Origin: a virus
Lineage: Duplodnaviria > Caudoviricetes
Length of the DNA stretch: 64,000 bases
Direction: 5' to 3' (one strand)
Virus record (IMG/VR): IMGVR_UViG_3300025030_000095
Span: 1,111 to 65,110 of that record
Of this stretch, positions 42,894 through 53,013 are shown one piece after another. The position numbers and the translations under genes are program-made. Each line of letters begins with the position of its first letter. Position 1 is the first letter of the stretch. Below the pieces are notes generated by a model. That model saw nothing but the letters and a program-made list of their open reading frames with translations. It was not told the origin of the DNA and did no database searches.

Positions 42894-45770
42894 CTATACC
42901 ACCTCATTAAAGCTGTTTTCAGTGACCTCAATAGATGTGGTATATCCATAACGTTCATCAGACATTGGTAGTGTAGTAACAACTCCAAACATTTTCCTAC
43001 CGCGTCCGTCACGATAACAAAACGTTGGCTTTCTTCTTACAAGATACTGCAGCATTGCATAATCAAGATCACCACTTTTCATCTGCAGTTTCACTGATAT
43101 TTTATTCGTTTCCGACTCACCAAATTCTACTACAGTTTGCTTCCTTCCTGCGAATTGCATCAGCACAACTTCCGGCTGCCAGCTTACGTTTTTAAACCCG
43201 TCATACTGAAAATTATAGGCCGTGCCAACCGGATCTGTAACGTCGTGAAGCCATACACCCCTGAGCGTCACCACCCCTACAACTATAGGACTGTCGCTTT
43301 CTGTTCCGTTATCTCCTTTGGCTGTAGTTTTATACTCGTATAATTTTCCAGATGCCACGGAATAGTCTTTATAATAGCTTCCCATGCCCATGTAAACGGA
43401 GAAAAATGAAGTTATGAAGCTATTATATCCTGTAGATGACGCAACACCTGCAGAAATTCTAGTCCATGATGCTTCCCCTACTTCTCGGCGATATATATCG
43501 TTTGCCGTTACTGCCGGTTGGCTTCCTGATGGAGTTGGATTTGTACTCGTAACTCCAATATATCCGGTACCGGTGGAAACGGACAGTAGCGGGATAGCTG
43601 GCGGGGTGTAAGATACACTCACAGAGGTAGACCCATAATCACTCCATAATCCGTCTACATTTTTAATCCTGACTTTGATTGTGTAGTCCGACGAATTTGC
43701 GAGTAGAACGCCAAGCGTCCGTGCTAAATTTGTGCTGACTACTTCACCTGTATCCCAAATCACTGCGCTCGAACTATTTAAGGCTTGGATCTGATAAGAT
43801 GCCTGTCCAATGCTCGACCATTGAACAGTTGGACTTGCTGTTGCTATAGTCCCTGTTGGTGCGTAAACTGTCGGTGTGCTCGGTTTATTCCCAGCCAAGA
43901 AAGTAGCCTGGGAAGAATAGGCACTGCTCAATCCGGACGCATCATAGGTCCTGACCTTCCACAATATCGTCCCGTGAGCTAGAGTATTTGCAGGTACATC
44001 TAGGTATTGATTCGTTGTAGCTTGCGTTGTTGTTACCCAGTTCCCCCCAGAGTCACTGGAACGCATCAAATCAAATTGCGCCTGAGGATCTGCGTTAGGG
44101 TCGTTGTGTTGCCAAGATAATCTAGTGATTAATGATCTGTCGATAACTCCGCTAGATGGAGAGAGAAAAGTTGGGGCTGTGGGGGCTAGGTTGTGTTGGA
44201 TGGTGAATACGCCGTCTGATACATCCCAAGCCCCGTACAGCGCTCCGTCGTAAGCTCGTATGCGGATTAAGCAAGTAGAGGACTGAGGTATCGCAGAGAA
44301 GTCATGTAGTCTAGCTATATCTCCGGCGTCAGTTAGGCTCGCTATAGTGTAGGGGTAACTTGCCCCGCCATCTACAGACAACTCTATGTTGTACATCAAA
44401 TTAGCCGAGGCTGTTTCTGTATCTGTTGACGCTGTCCAGTATATCATCTCACTAGCGTTCCAAGTCTCTCCTCCATTAGGGTAAATTATAGTCGGTGCAG
44501 TAGGCGGTACATTGTAAATTACCGTCAGCTTAGGCCTTTGCGTGCTGTCCGAGTAATCGGATGACCTGAATGTTTTGCGTTCTGAAGCTGTTGTCTCCGG
44601 GGATTTGAGCATTACGCCGTAATTCGTAGAGGGGCTAGCAACGTGTAGGGATACTAGGCTTGTTATTGTAAAGTTGTACGTTGCACTTACCGCGCCCACG
44701 GCTGTTGTTCCCACAGCCTCCGTATGGTGACCAGGCTGTATATTCCAGTTAACCGCTGATTCATCCCACGAATCGGTTATCCTGTGAGTGGTTATGTTTA
44801 TGTCAATTGATGTAGACACAGAATACAAATACAAAGCTAATATGGCACTCGTTACGGATGAATTAGCAGGAATGCTGGCTAGATCAAACTGTAGCAGGGC
44901 TCGCCTCTGAGGATTCGTACTATCTGAACCTGCTGATATTACATCATCCGACCCATAATTAACAGTTGGGCTGAGTTCAGATATGTAGGTGTCTTTGCCG
45001 GATGTTGCGTCAGGCTGTATCTCCACGGTAGGGTCAACGATGACTGGAAACACAAGCCCTTCGACGTCTGCTATAAGATCGAGGTATACCCCTATATCCT
45101 CGCGCCTGACGGTTTGCAATACGTCCCTTCTTGCACCGTTTGCATCCTGCAGCCACGCCGGTTGGAGTTTTAAGGACCCGGATGTCAGGTCATCAGCTAG
45201 TTCACCGACGACTTCAAAGCTAAATATTGTGGGGGACTTGGACGTTTTTAGGGTTAATGTTTCCTTTAGACCATTTTCGGTAACCTCTAGAACAACATCC
45301 GTATCGTTCCATGCGTCCTGGTAATGTATACTAGTCTTCGTCTTCTCATCGAGTACGCCGACCGATGCTGACGCGCCAACAGGGATAAATATTAGCCGAG
45401 CGGAGTCTTTCCCTACCGTGTACCCCTTCTGCCAGTTACGGGGTAACTTAACAGCGAAGGGTAGCTTTAGAGCCTGAAAAGAGCATTTCTCACGGTCCAC
45501 GTTATCTACAGCGCGTACTTGCTTGATTATGCCTAATTTGTATTCAAAAAGGTCTTTGCCATCTGCGGCGATCGGAAAGTCGAAGAGGTCAAGTTCTGCT
45601 TCGTCATGCAGAATTAAATCCGAGTTTTGATAATTTCCGTTAATATCTAGATAATGAACGTCACCCTGAAAAATTACAGCTTGCTTGGAACCGTTTGCTA
45701 ATGCAAAATGCTTACTATTCTTAGTGCGTTTCCACACTTCTTCCCATAAAACTGTTTGATTAGTTGCCAA
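42894..45770 (-). CDS. multidomain distal-tail protein (RHS/WapA-like N-terminus, DNRLRE, Ig/FnIII repeats, Dit-like C-terminus)
   Basis: KRTKNSKHF, PVIVDPT, DTYISE...NYG, RALLQFDL, RPKLTVIY, YRDGRGRKMFG; TTG start after tape-measure stop. Confidence 0.72.
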   Translation of the reverse strand: MATNQTVLWEEVWKRTKNSKHFALANGSKQAVIFQGDVHYLDINGNYQNSDLILHDEAELDLFDFPIAADGKDLFEYKLGIIKQVRAVDNVDREKCSFQALKLPFAVKLPRNWQKGYTVGKDSARLIFIPVGASASVGVLDEKTKTSIHYQDAWNDTDVVLEVTENGLKETLTLKTSKSPTIFSFEVVGELADDLTSGSLKLQPAWLQDANGARRDVLQTVRREDIGVYLDLIADVEGLVFPVIVDPTVEIQPDATSGKDTYISELSPTVNYGSDDVISAGSDSTNPQRRALLQFDLASIPANSSVTSAILALYLYSVSTSIDINITTHRITDSWDESAVNWNIQPGHHTEAVGTTAVGAVSATYNFTITSLVSLHVASPSTNYGVMLKSPETTASERKTFRSSDYSDSTQRPKLTVIYNVPPTAPTIIYPNGGETWNASEMIYWTASTDTETASANLMYNIELSVDGGASYPYTIASLTDAGDIARLHDFSAIPQSSTCLIRIRAYDGALYGAWDVSDGVFTIQHNLAPTAPTFLSPSSGVIDRSLITRLSWQHNDPNADPQAQFDLMRSSDSGGNWVTTTQATTNQYLDVPANTLAHGTILWKVRTYDASGLSSAYSSQATFLAGNKPSTPTVYAPTGTIATASPTVQWSSIGQASYQIQALNSSSAVIWDTGEVVSTNLARTLGVLLANSSDYTIKVRIKNVDGLWSDYGSTSVSVSYTPPAIPLLSVSTGTGYIGVTSTNPTPSGSQPAVTANDIYRREVGEASWTRISAGVASSTGYNSFITSFFSVYMGMGSYYKDYSVASGKLYEYKTTAKGDNGTESDSPIVVGVVTLRGVWLHDVTDPVGTAYNFQYDGFKNVSWQPEVVLMQFAGRKQTVVEFGESETNKISVKLQMKSGDLDYAMLQYLVRRKPTFCYRDGRGRKMFGVVTTLPMSDERYGYTTSIEVTENSFNEVV

Positions 45771-45774
45771 TATT

Positions 45775-48700
45775 TCACCCCCCTGCCCGGGCAACTTGTG
45801 GTAATCTACGGAATAATTCCAGAACATCTCCGACTTGTTTTAAATCATCAGCTAGCACGTTTACATATATAGGGCCATTAAGATTAGTTCCACCATTACT
45901 ACTGGCTAAAACTCCCCTAGCAACCTCTTGTGCAGTCCTTAGTACCATTTCTTCGCTTGCTTCGTGGTTATAAATTCTTGATCCACCAGGAAGGTTATAG
46001 ACTTCATATCCATTTTCGTGCATAGTTGTTAGTCCACCACGAAAATTATTTGTTCCGCTTGCGTTATCATCTATATCTTCTCCGCCAGATGGCCCTGAAA
46101 TTTTTGTTGTTATCCATCTAACTATTGGATTATCCTTGAACCAATCTTTTAAGTTATCCCACCAAGTCTTTATTGTCCCATCCTGCTCATTTATTTGTTT
46201 AGCAACATCTTCGTTCTGTTGCTGTAGTTCATGCACTACCTTTTCGTGCGTGTCCTTTGCTTTTGCGATAGACGCGACTCTCGATCTTTCTGCAGCGTCA
46301 ATCATTTTTTGCGCCTGATCATCAGATGTTATTACTCCTTCGTTTCTCTGCCTCGTAATGGAGGCAACGGTCTTCTCATACTGGTCTTTAGCTAGTTTGA
46401 CTGTTTCATCACGTTGCTTCGCGCTGTTTTCAATTACTTCACCGGCCTGAAGGGTTGATATATTTTTTGCCTGCAATCTCATCCTAGTCAAGATATCATT
46501 CTGCTCTTTTTCAGAATTTGTCAGTGCTTCAATTGCCATCGCTGCCATTCGTGCTTTTATAACGGCGATTTCATCTTCTTCCTTTTGAGTTGTCGACCTG
46601 TTTTCAGCCGCCGCTTTAGCATATATTGCAGCTATATCTTTTACCAACTTATCTACCACAGAATTTCTATCGGCATGAGATTCCTTCATTCTAGCTAAGA
46701 CATTCTGGGCTTCCGTCATATCTAACATCCCCTGATCTTCGTAGAATTTAGTTAGATTTGCTAAGTCCTCAGCGTAATGCTTGTCTCTTCCAGCCTTGAT
46801 ATCGGTGCCCATTTTCTCAAACGTTGTTACCATTTCGGTTGCAATCGCTTTTGTTATCGTTGTGTTGTTTGCCTTGAAGGAGAGTAGGGAAACTCCTACT
46901 TTATTATCCAAATCCATGTATGCGGTTACTGATTTTTTCGTCGCATCGGATACTTCATTACCAAACAGATTCACCGCAGGGATGACCTCTTGATTAAGAA
47001 GATGGGCCGTTCCGACCGCAACCGATCCTACTCCTAAAATTCCTAATGTTATCGGGTTTAGCAGTAATGCCGCTGCCGCCGCTCCTACCCCTAATCCGCC
47101 TACCGCCGCGCCTGTACCTGCAGCAGCAACGCTCGCGGCTCCCATTGCTCCCGATATGCTCCCCATAACTCCAACAATAGCGCTACCTGCAGTTACCACC
47201 TTACCTGTAATCAGGATAATTGGTCCTAATGCCGCCGCTAGTGCCAATGATTTTACGATAGTTTCCTGTGTTTCAGGAGACAGAGCAGAAAATTTATTCG
47301 CAAGATTAGTAACACCTTCAGCAACCTTCGTGATAGATGGAGCCATTACTGTGCTCAACTTAATAGAAGCAGTTTCTATTGCCCCCTGCATCTCATCCAC
47401 GGACCCCTTGACATTCTCCTTCATGGTCTTAGCCATGGCCGCTGCCGCTCCGTCAGATCCCTGGAATGATTTCGTTAAGGTATCTATTTTCCCCCCGCCA
47501 GCCTCCATGAGTACCAGCATCCCCGAAAGGGCTTCCTTGCCGAATATAGTTGCTATGGCATCGGCTTTTTTCTCGTCAGTAAGATTCTTAGTTGAATTTT
47601 TCAGATTATCAATAACTTGACCAAAGGGTAATAATTTTCCTTGTGCGTCGAACGCCTTAAATCCCAGGTCCTTCATATACCCGGCTGCTTCTTTGCTCGG
47701 ACTTGTCAGGGAAACCAAGGAACTCCGTAACATCGCCCCCGCCATTTCTCCCTTTATGTTAGCATTACTCAATATACCAACAGCTGCAGCTGTGGTCTCT
47801 AGGCTTAATCCCAACGCTTGGGCAGGCGGAGCAGCATACTTCAGGGCTTCTCCCATGTCTGTGACTCCAGCGTTCGTATCTCCTGCTGCCTTCGCCAATA
47901 CATCCGCTACATGAGCACTCCGGGATGCGTCTAACGCAAAGCCCCTTAACGCACCAGCCGCAATCTCACTGGCCACCGCAATTTCAACGCCTCCAGAAGC
48001 TGCAAGATCAAGAACTCCGGGCATTGCAGCCATTGTTTCTACAACCGTAAATCCAGCGCTTGCCAAGTTTTCCATGCCCTGCGCTGCTTGGGAACTAGAA
48101 AAAGCGGTTGAACTCCCAAGTTCTAAAGCTTGGTCGTTAAGTATCTTGAACTCTTCGCCTGTAGCTCCAGAGATTGCCTTCACTCGGCTCATTTGCGCCT
48201 CAAAGTCCATACCAGTTTTTATTGCAGCAACGCCAATCCCAACGATTGGCATCGTTACCCCAACTGTGAGAGATTGTCCTGTTTTAGACATACTCTGTCC
48301 TGCGGCTCTCATTTGTGCAGACGCTGTAGTCAGTGTACGACTTGCGCTCAACCAACGACTTTCTTGTTGTGCAATCTCTGTATTTGTACGATTTAAAGCA
48401 CCTTGGACTCTGGTTAGTTCCGCCTGGGCACTATTGAGGCTCGTAGTGTAGTTGTTAACTTGGCGGGCATTTGTTTGGACGGTAGCGTCTGAACGCCTTA
48501 ATTCGTCAGTTAAGCTGACTGTTTCCTGGCGTGCTCGTATTGCCTCGATGGAATACCTGCCGTGCACTCGCACCGCTTCATCGAATGCTGTATTAGATGA
48601 GGCTAGGGACGCTCTGAGGCGACCATTTTCAGCCACATTTGTATCCATTCTTGTTGTTGCGGTTTGCAGGGATTGGCTGTAGATACCTACTCTGTTCGTA

Positions 48701-48903
48701 TGTAATTCAACCTGTCTTGATAGTGCCTCCTGCACTCCCCGAAGACGCTCGGAGTCTCGACCGAATGTTCCGACTCGTGCGGATGCAAGTTGAAGTTCGG
48801 AAGCTGCTATCCTCAGGTTATTATTTACGCCGCTAAGGGAGGCATTGAATGAGGTTGAGTCCAGCACCATTCTGGCAGTTATGCGTCTTTCCTCGTCGGC
48901 CAT
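45775..48903 (-). CDS. tape measure protein (TP901 family)
   Basis: FEAQMSRVKAISGATG, ADVLAKAA, IFGKEA; long helical protein after the chaperones. Confidence 0.95.
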   Translation of the reverse strand: MADEERRITARMVLDSTSFNASLSGVNNNLRIAASELQLASARVGTFGRDSERLRGVQEALSRQVELHTNRVGIYSQSLQTATTRMDTNVAENGRLRASLASSNTAFDEAVRVHGRYSIEAIRARQETVSLTDELRRSDATVQTNARQVNNYTTSLNSAQAELTRVQGALNRTNTEIAQQESRWLSASRTLTTASAQMRAAGQSMSKTGQSLTVGVTMPIVGIGVAAIKTGMDFEAQMSRVKAISGATGEEFKILNDQALELGSSTAFSSSQAAQGMENLASAGFTVVETMAAMPGVLDLAASGGVEIAVASEIAAGALRGFALDASRSAHVADVLAKAAGDTNAGVTDMGEALKYAAPPAQALGLSLETTAAAVGILSNANIKGEMAGAMLRSSLVSLTSPSKEAAGYMKDLGFKAFDAQGKLLPFGQVIDNLKNSTKNLTDEKKADAIATIFGKEALSGMLVLMEAGGGKIDTLTKSFQGSDGAAAAMAKTMKENVKGSVDEMQGAIETASIKLSTVMAPSITKVAEGVTNLANKFSALSPETQETIVKSLALAAALGPIILITGKVVTAGSAIVGVMGSISGAMGAASVAAAGTGAAVGGLGVGAAAAALLLNPITLGILGVGSVAVGTAHLLNQEVIPAVNLFGNEVSDATKKSVTAYMDLDNKVGVSLLSFKANNTTITKAIATEMVTTFEKMGTDIKAGRDKHYAEDLANLTKFYEDQGMLDMTEAQNVLARMKESHADRNSVVDKLVKDIAAIYAKAAAENRSTTQKEEDEIAVIKARMAAMAIEALTNSEKEQNDILTRMRLQAKNISTLQAGEVIENSAKQRDETVKLAKDQYEKTVASITRQRNEGVITSDDQAQKMIDAAERSRVASIAKAKDTHEKVVHELQQQNEDVAKQINEQDGTIKTWWDNLKDWFKDNPIVRWITTKISGPSGGEDIDDNASGTNNFRGGLTTMHENGYEVYNLPGGSRIYNHEASEEMVLRTAQEVARGVLASSNGGTNLNGPIYVNVLADDLKQVGDVLELFRRLPQVARAGG

Positions 48904-48951
48904 TTTCTCACCCCCTCCAAAAAAATAATTAAGACATAAGAAAAGCACCCA

Positions 48952-49677
48952 TTACATGAGTGCTAGTTGTTGGATACCATTTTTATACCCTAAGTATGAA
49001 AGTATCTCTTTTTCACGTTCCTCGCTATAGAACGGTTGCCTTGGATACCAATCAAGGAAGATGTTATCGCGCTTACTGCTATTACAAGCGCCACAAGCAG
49101 GTATAATATTATTATGAGTATACTCTCCACCTTTGCTTATTGGTACTAGGTGGTCCTGAGTGAGTGGTAGCTCTTTATTGCAGTAAGCACATTTCCTATT
49201 AAATCTTAACTTTATCAATTCCCATTGTGAAGTCGTTAAAGTATGAGGGAGACTTAATGTTCTCGCCTTGCGAGCTTGACTTTTTATCTTAAGTTCCTCC
49301 GCATGCTCTTTTCGATATATCTTTTCTGTTTCTCGACAACGCTCTATATGGTTTTTGCGATATCGTTTGGCTTGTTCCTTGACAGATTCCTTATTTGCAA
49401 TCGTCCATCTATTTATACATTCCCTGACTTTTTCTTTATTTCCTTGACGGTATATCTTGTGTTTTGCTTTGATTGTTTCCTCATGTTTGCGATAGCTCTT
49501 TTTATTAGTTTTAGATATTTTTTCTTTATTTTTTAGACGGTAAGTACTTTGAATATTAAGTTCACAAGCCTTGCATCTCGCCCTAAACTCATCCTTTCTC
49601 CCCCTGTTATCAACGTAATAATACTCACTTGTTGCTGGGAATTCTTCACCGCATTTGCTACAAATCTTTATTCTCAA
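48952..49677 (-). CDS. HNH endonuclease
   Basis: CAYC...QDHLVPISKGGE...NIIPACGACNSSK. Confidence 0.92.
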   Translation of the reverse strand: MRIKICSKCGEEFPATSEYYYVDNRGRKDEFRARCKACELNIQSTYRLKNKEKISKTNKKSYRKHEETIKAKHKIYRQGNKEKVRECINRWTIANKESVKEQAKRYRKNHIERCRETEKIYRKEHAEELKIKSQARKARTLSLPHTLTTSQWELIKLRFNRKCAYCNKELPLTQDHLVPISKGGEYTHNNIIPACGACNSSKRDNIFLDWYPRQPFYSEEREKEILSYLGYKNGIQQLALM

Positions 49678-49691
49678 CCCCCTCGCAATAC

Positions 49692-49743
49692 ATTATACCA
49701 TTATGGTATCGCTATTGCAACAATGTGATAACAATGATATAAT
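49692..49743. promoter_or_regulatory. back-to-back sigmaA promoters sharing one palindromic -35
   Basis: TTGCAA (49715-49720) with TGnTATAAT exactly 17 bp away on each strand. Confidence 0.8.
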
Positions 49744-49761
49744 ACTTTTGAGGTGATCAAT

Positions 49762-49917
49762 ATGTCAATAAGTGAAGAAAATACAAGGACTAACATCACG
49801 ATTCCAAAGGAATTAAAAAAACTGCTAGAAGAGATCGCAAAAAGTAAAAACAGGTCATTTAACAACTTGGTTATCACGATATTAATGGAATATGTGGAGG
49901 AGGAAAAACGAAAGTGA
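49762..49917 (+). CDS. Arc-like RHH protein, 51 aa (not in ORF track)
   Basis: GAGGTG RBS; TRTNITIPKELKKLLEEIAKSKNRSFNNLVITIL. Confidence 0.85.
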   Translation: MSISEENTRTNITIPKELKKLLEEIAKSKNRSFNNLVITILMEYVEEEKRK

Positions 49918-50342
49918 GATTTAGAGGCAAGAGAATCCACTTTGGAGAGTGGGCCTATGGGTATTACCACAAAAACACATTAGGTAATTCTTATATCACG
50001 GAGATTACACAAGATAATTCTGCACCATGTAGCCCAAAACCAAAGGATTCGAGAGAATATAAAGTTGATCCTCAAACAGTTAGCCAATACATCGGAGTTA
50101 AGGGATCAAATGGCTATGATATTTTTGTCGGAGATATTGTAAAAGATGATACAAACATAGCAATAGTTAAATTCGGAAAATATCAAGCCAATAATAACCG
50201 TTCATATAGCAACGAACGAGCATATGGATTCTACTTGGAATTCATATCTCACAAAGGGATAATCGATCATGCTACGAATTTGGAATATTACGAGGTAATC
50301 GGCAATATTCATGATAATCCGGAACTCTTAAAGGCAGATTAG
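49914..50342 (+). CDS. YopX-family protein
   Basis: RFRGKR...WAYG, VDPQTVSQYIG, IFVGDIV, EVIGNIHDNPELL. Confidence 0.92.
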   Translation: MRFRGKRIHFGEWAYGYYHKNTLGNSYITEITQDNSAPCSPKPKDSREYKVDPQTVSQYIGVKGSNGYDIFVGDIVKDDTNIAIVKFGKYQANNNRSYSNERAYGFYLEFISHKGIIDHATNLEYYEVIGNIHDNPELLKAD

Positions 50343-50343
50343 G

Positions 50344-50372
50344 AAAAAGGCTCTCAAGGGAGGGCCTTTTTT
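50344..50372. terminator. bidirectional terminator
   Basis: AAAAGGCTCTC-AAGG-GAGGGCCTTTT. Confidence 0.75.
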
Positions 50373-50380
50373 ATGCCTTC

Positions 50381-50608
50381 CTACAAAAACGGCACTTCGT
50401 CTATATGGTAAACTCTTTCGCCCTCATCTTCATCTTCCTTGCCCTTATCCCATCCATTGAAGCGACGATGGATTCTATAGAGTGCGTTTATTTTCCTTGG
50501 GGTACTTCGCCAGAATTCTTCCTCGGTCAAGCCCATGACTACTTTCCCAATGTAGAAAAAATAGTCAAAGTCCACAATGTCCGGACTTGACCGACTTACT
50601 CGTTTTTT
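50381..50608 (-). CDS. tail assembly chaperone extension, read via -1 frameshift
   Basis: Slippery A AAA AAC (50602-50608); -1 frame open into DFDYFFY...EFWRSTPRK. Confidence 0.8.
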   Translation of the reverse strand, partial: KKRVSRSSPDIVDFDYFFYIGKVVMGLTEEEFWRSTPRKINALYRIHRRFNGWDKGKEDEDEGERVYHIDEVPFL

Positions 50609-50988
50609 CCTTGCTGAGATCCTGCGCTTTCTTTCTCGCCCATTACTCCGTCAATTAATGCCATGGTAATCTCATCCATTACCGTCATTGTTTTAAAATT
50701 AAAGGGTAATGCTAATTTTAAATCACCTTCAGTAAAATCTTTTTCAGGGCATGAACAACTGAGAATTTTTACAATAGCTCCATATATATCCTTGTTTTGT
50801 AAAAAGTCGTTAAATATCCCCATGGCTCCAACTGTTTTACTTTCTTCTTCGCCATCGTTATTGACGGTGATCTCTTTGTAGTCTTTAAATTTATTATTAA
50901 ACTTTATAAGTGCTGCGAAATCCAAGCGAAATGTATACTCTTTACCGCCAATCTTAATCTTAAACTCTTTGACCTCTATATTTGCCAT
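50596..50988 (-). CDS. tail assembly chaperone
   Basis: Between major tail and tape measure; ends GKNE at slippery site. Confidence 0.85.
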   Translation of the reverse strand: MANIEVKEFKIKIGGKEYTFRLDFAALIKFNNKFKDYKEITVNNDGEEESKTVGAMGIFNDFLQNKDIYGAIVKILSCSCPEKDFTEGDLKLALPFNFKTMTVMDEITMALIDGVMGEKESAGSQQGKNE

Positions 50989-51051
50989 AGTTTTAGACCC
51001 TCCCTTAATTCCTAAAAACTGAGAGCAGGTTTTACCCCACCCTCAGTTCAC

Positions 51052-51936
51052 TTAGACCGTAAAGTTCACAATTACATTTGCCGCTAAAGGAATGCCGGCC
51101 GCGCTCTTGACAGAGTTAGTGCAGACCGCGATATATGCACCAGCAGATAGGTCAGCCGCGGGGTTTATGGTTACAATCCTATTCGTTGCATCAACAGTCA
51201 GCGCTGCAGCAATAAGAGCTCCATCAGCCTTAGCAAGGAATATATTACTGGCAGTGATCGTAGAAAGTTGGATTGCAATACTAAACGTAAATACTACATT
51301 CGCCGCAGTCGCAACTCCTATCGCTGCATCAAGAGGTACACTAGTAACAGTCGGAACAGTAGTATCTGCAGTTGGTACTATGACGCTTGCGAAAAATGTC
51401 GTTGCGATGTTTGCCGGACAATTCGGATCATCCTCATCGACTTTATAGAAACCCATACCGTTATTTTTCAGGTGTTGAAAAATTGAAGAAACCTTGTGAG
51501 TTTGGTAATCCGTTTTACCTTCTTTTCCCTTCGCAGATTCATCCGGCTCGGTAAATTTACCTTTGTAATACACACGATAAGCTTTCTTTCCGTTGCTTTT
51601 TGTAGCTACAAACAAAACTGCAACATAGGGTGCCTGATCTGTCTTTCCTGCGTATACACCACCCACTGTCGCTACCTGGTGCCCGAGGTAACTTGCGTAT
51701 TGGGCATTGGAAAGTTCAGCAAGGTCAATGTCGATTGTAATTTCTTCAAGTGTGTTTTCTTGCTCCCAAATTACACCCTCTGCGTAGAGTTTATCTTGAT
51801 TTGTCTTTGACTTTGCATCAATCTGCCTTACTCCAGGAATGTACTCAGGAGTTGCGAACACTAACCCTAGCTCATCATCTTGCGTTACCTTTGCCAAGTA
51901 AAGGCGATCGATATTTACTTTAGCGATGACAATCAT
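51052..51936 (-). CDS. major tail protein with C-terminal Ig-like domain
   Basis: KLYAEG, APYVAVLF, YYKGKF; DTTVPTVTS...VVFTFS Ig domain. Confidence 0.9.
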   Translation of the reverse strand: MIVIAKVNIDRLYLAKVTQDDELGLVFATPEYIPGVRQIDAKSKTNQDKLYAEGVIWEQENTLEEITIDIDLAELSNAQYASYLGHQVATVGGVYAGKTDQAPYVAVLFVATKSNGKKAYRVYYKGKFTEPDESAKGKEGKTDYQTHKVSSIFQHLKNNGMGFYKVDEDDPNCPANIATTFFASVIVPTADTTVPTVTSVPLDAAIGVATAANVVFTFSIAIQLSTITASNIFLAKADGALIAAALTVDATNRIVTINPAADLSAGAYIAVCTNSVKSAAGIPLAANVIVNFTV

Positions 51937-51965
51937 CCTCCTTTAAATTGTATTCGACGAATTAC

Positions 51966-52322
51966 CTAAACCGTATTTGAGGTATAAACAAAACGAATAG
52001 GCCTATGATGAAGCTCTACAGGCGCAGGTTCCCATAGGTACGCAGCGCCAATTCTCTCAAAGCCGACACTTAATAACTTATCCTTGACCGCTTCTTCTAG
52101 CGCGGTGTAATCTCCCTTTGAGAAGATGCTTACTTGAAGATAAAAATTTGTCGCTTTCTCCTCGCCCTCAGCCCATAATGCTCCATCTTCATCATATAAT
52201 TCGTATTCGATGTAAGGCGTAACTGGCAATGTGGCGTGCCCCAGGTGGACTGTCTTGCCGCCTGTCAGGTTAATTATTGTAGGGTCAAGAAGTGCCGCTC
52301 TCGTATAAGAAAAAATATTCAA
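51966..52322 (-). CDS. tail terminator/completion protein
   Basis: Synteny; PYIEY, LQVSIFSKGDY. Confidence 0.75.
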   Translation of the reverse strand: MNIFSYTRAALLDPTIINLTGGKTVHLGHATLPVTPYIEYELYDEDGALWAEGEEKATNFYLQVSIFSKGDYTALEEAVKDKLLSVGFERIGAAYLWEPAPVELHHRPIRFVYTSNTV

Positions 52323-52681
52323 GTGATCACCCCCAGTAGCTCCCTAGTTAGAATCGCAAGAGCCGCTCCTTCGGTTCTCCTAATCGTTGCATCGAAAAAT
52401 CCGACATGATGACGTTGCTGTGAGGTTCCATACTCCTGAAATGTCCCCCAGAATGCACCGAGTTTTAATATCCCTACCGTAGCAAATCCTTCTTTTTTGA
52501 CTGATGTTTTAATTACCCCAAGCTTTCCAGTTTTACCAGTTGGCGTGGATTGCTCAAGTCCTTCCTTAATGGGTATGATAGCCAGACGCATGGCTTTTTT
52601 TTCTTTCGCATCTGAGATTGTCATGTCGTGAAGAAGGTTTTCAAGCTCGGGGAAACCGCTTAGTTCGATTCTATTACTCAC
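52319..52681 (-). CDS. HK97 gp10-like neck protein
   Basis: FQEYGTS motif; synteny. Confidence 0.85.
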   Translation of the reverse strand: MSNRIELSGFPELENLLHDMTISDAKEKKAMRLAIIPIKEGLEQSTPTGKTGKLGVIKTSVKKEGFATVGILKLGAFWGTFQEYGTSQQRHHVGFFDATIRRTEGAALAILTRELLGVIT

Positions 52682-53013
52682 GAAACCAGCTCCAAGGTTT
52701 TAATAGTGACGAATGTTTTCCTGAATTCATAGTTATCGATGGAGGTGATGTTGTAAATCCTTGTTCCATGCTTAATCCGATAAGTCCTACTGTCCATGCT
52801 TTCAACAAACTGAGCATACCTAATACCGAATTCCACTGTATTTTCAGATTGCACAGCTTTAGCTGCCCAGAATTCTCTTCCGGAAAGATTACTTACCGAT
52901 GCCCAAACATTTGTTTTTAAATCTATCCAAACTTCAGTTTCGAACCCGTTCTCATTAGTCTCTGTGATCAGTTTTTGAATGGTTACTCTGTGTCGAAGGT
53001 CTCCGATTCTCAT
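52678..53013 (-). CDS. head closure (stopper) protein
   Basis: GDLRHRVTIQK, WASVSNLSGRE, IYNITSI. Confidence 0.9.
   Translation of the reverse strand: MRIGDLRHRVTIQKLITETNENGFETEVWIDLKTNVWASVSNLSGREFWAAKAVQSENTVEFGIRYAQFVESMDSRTYRIKHGTRIYNITSIDNYEFRKTFVTIKTLELVS

Noticed and set aside
48952-50372. Group I intron carrying the HNH
   Set aside because: Insert is intergenic, has its own promoters and opposite-strand genes; flanking genes are intact
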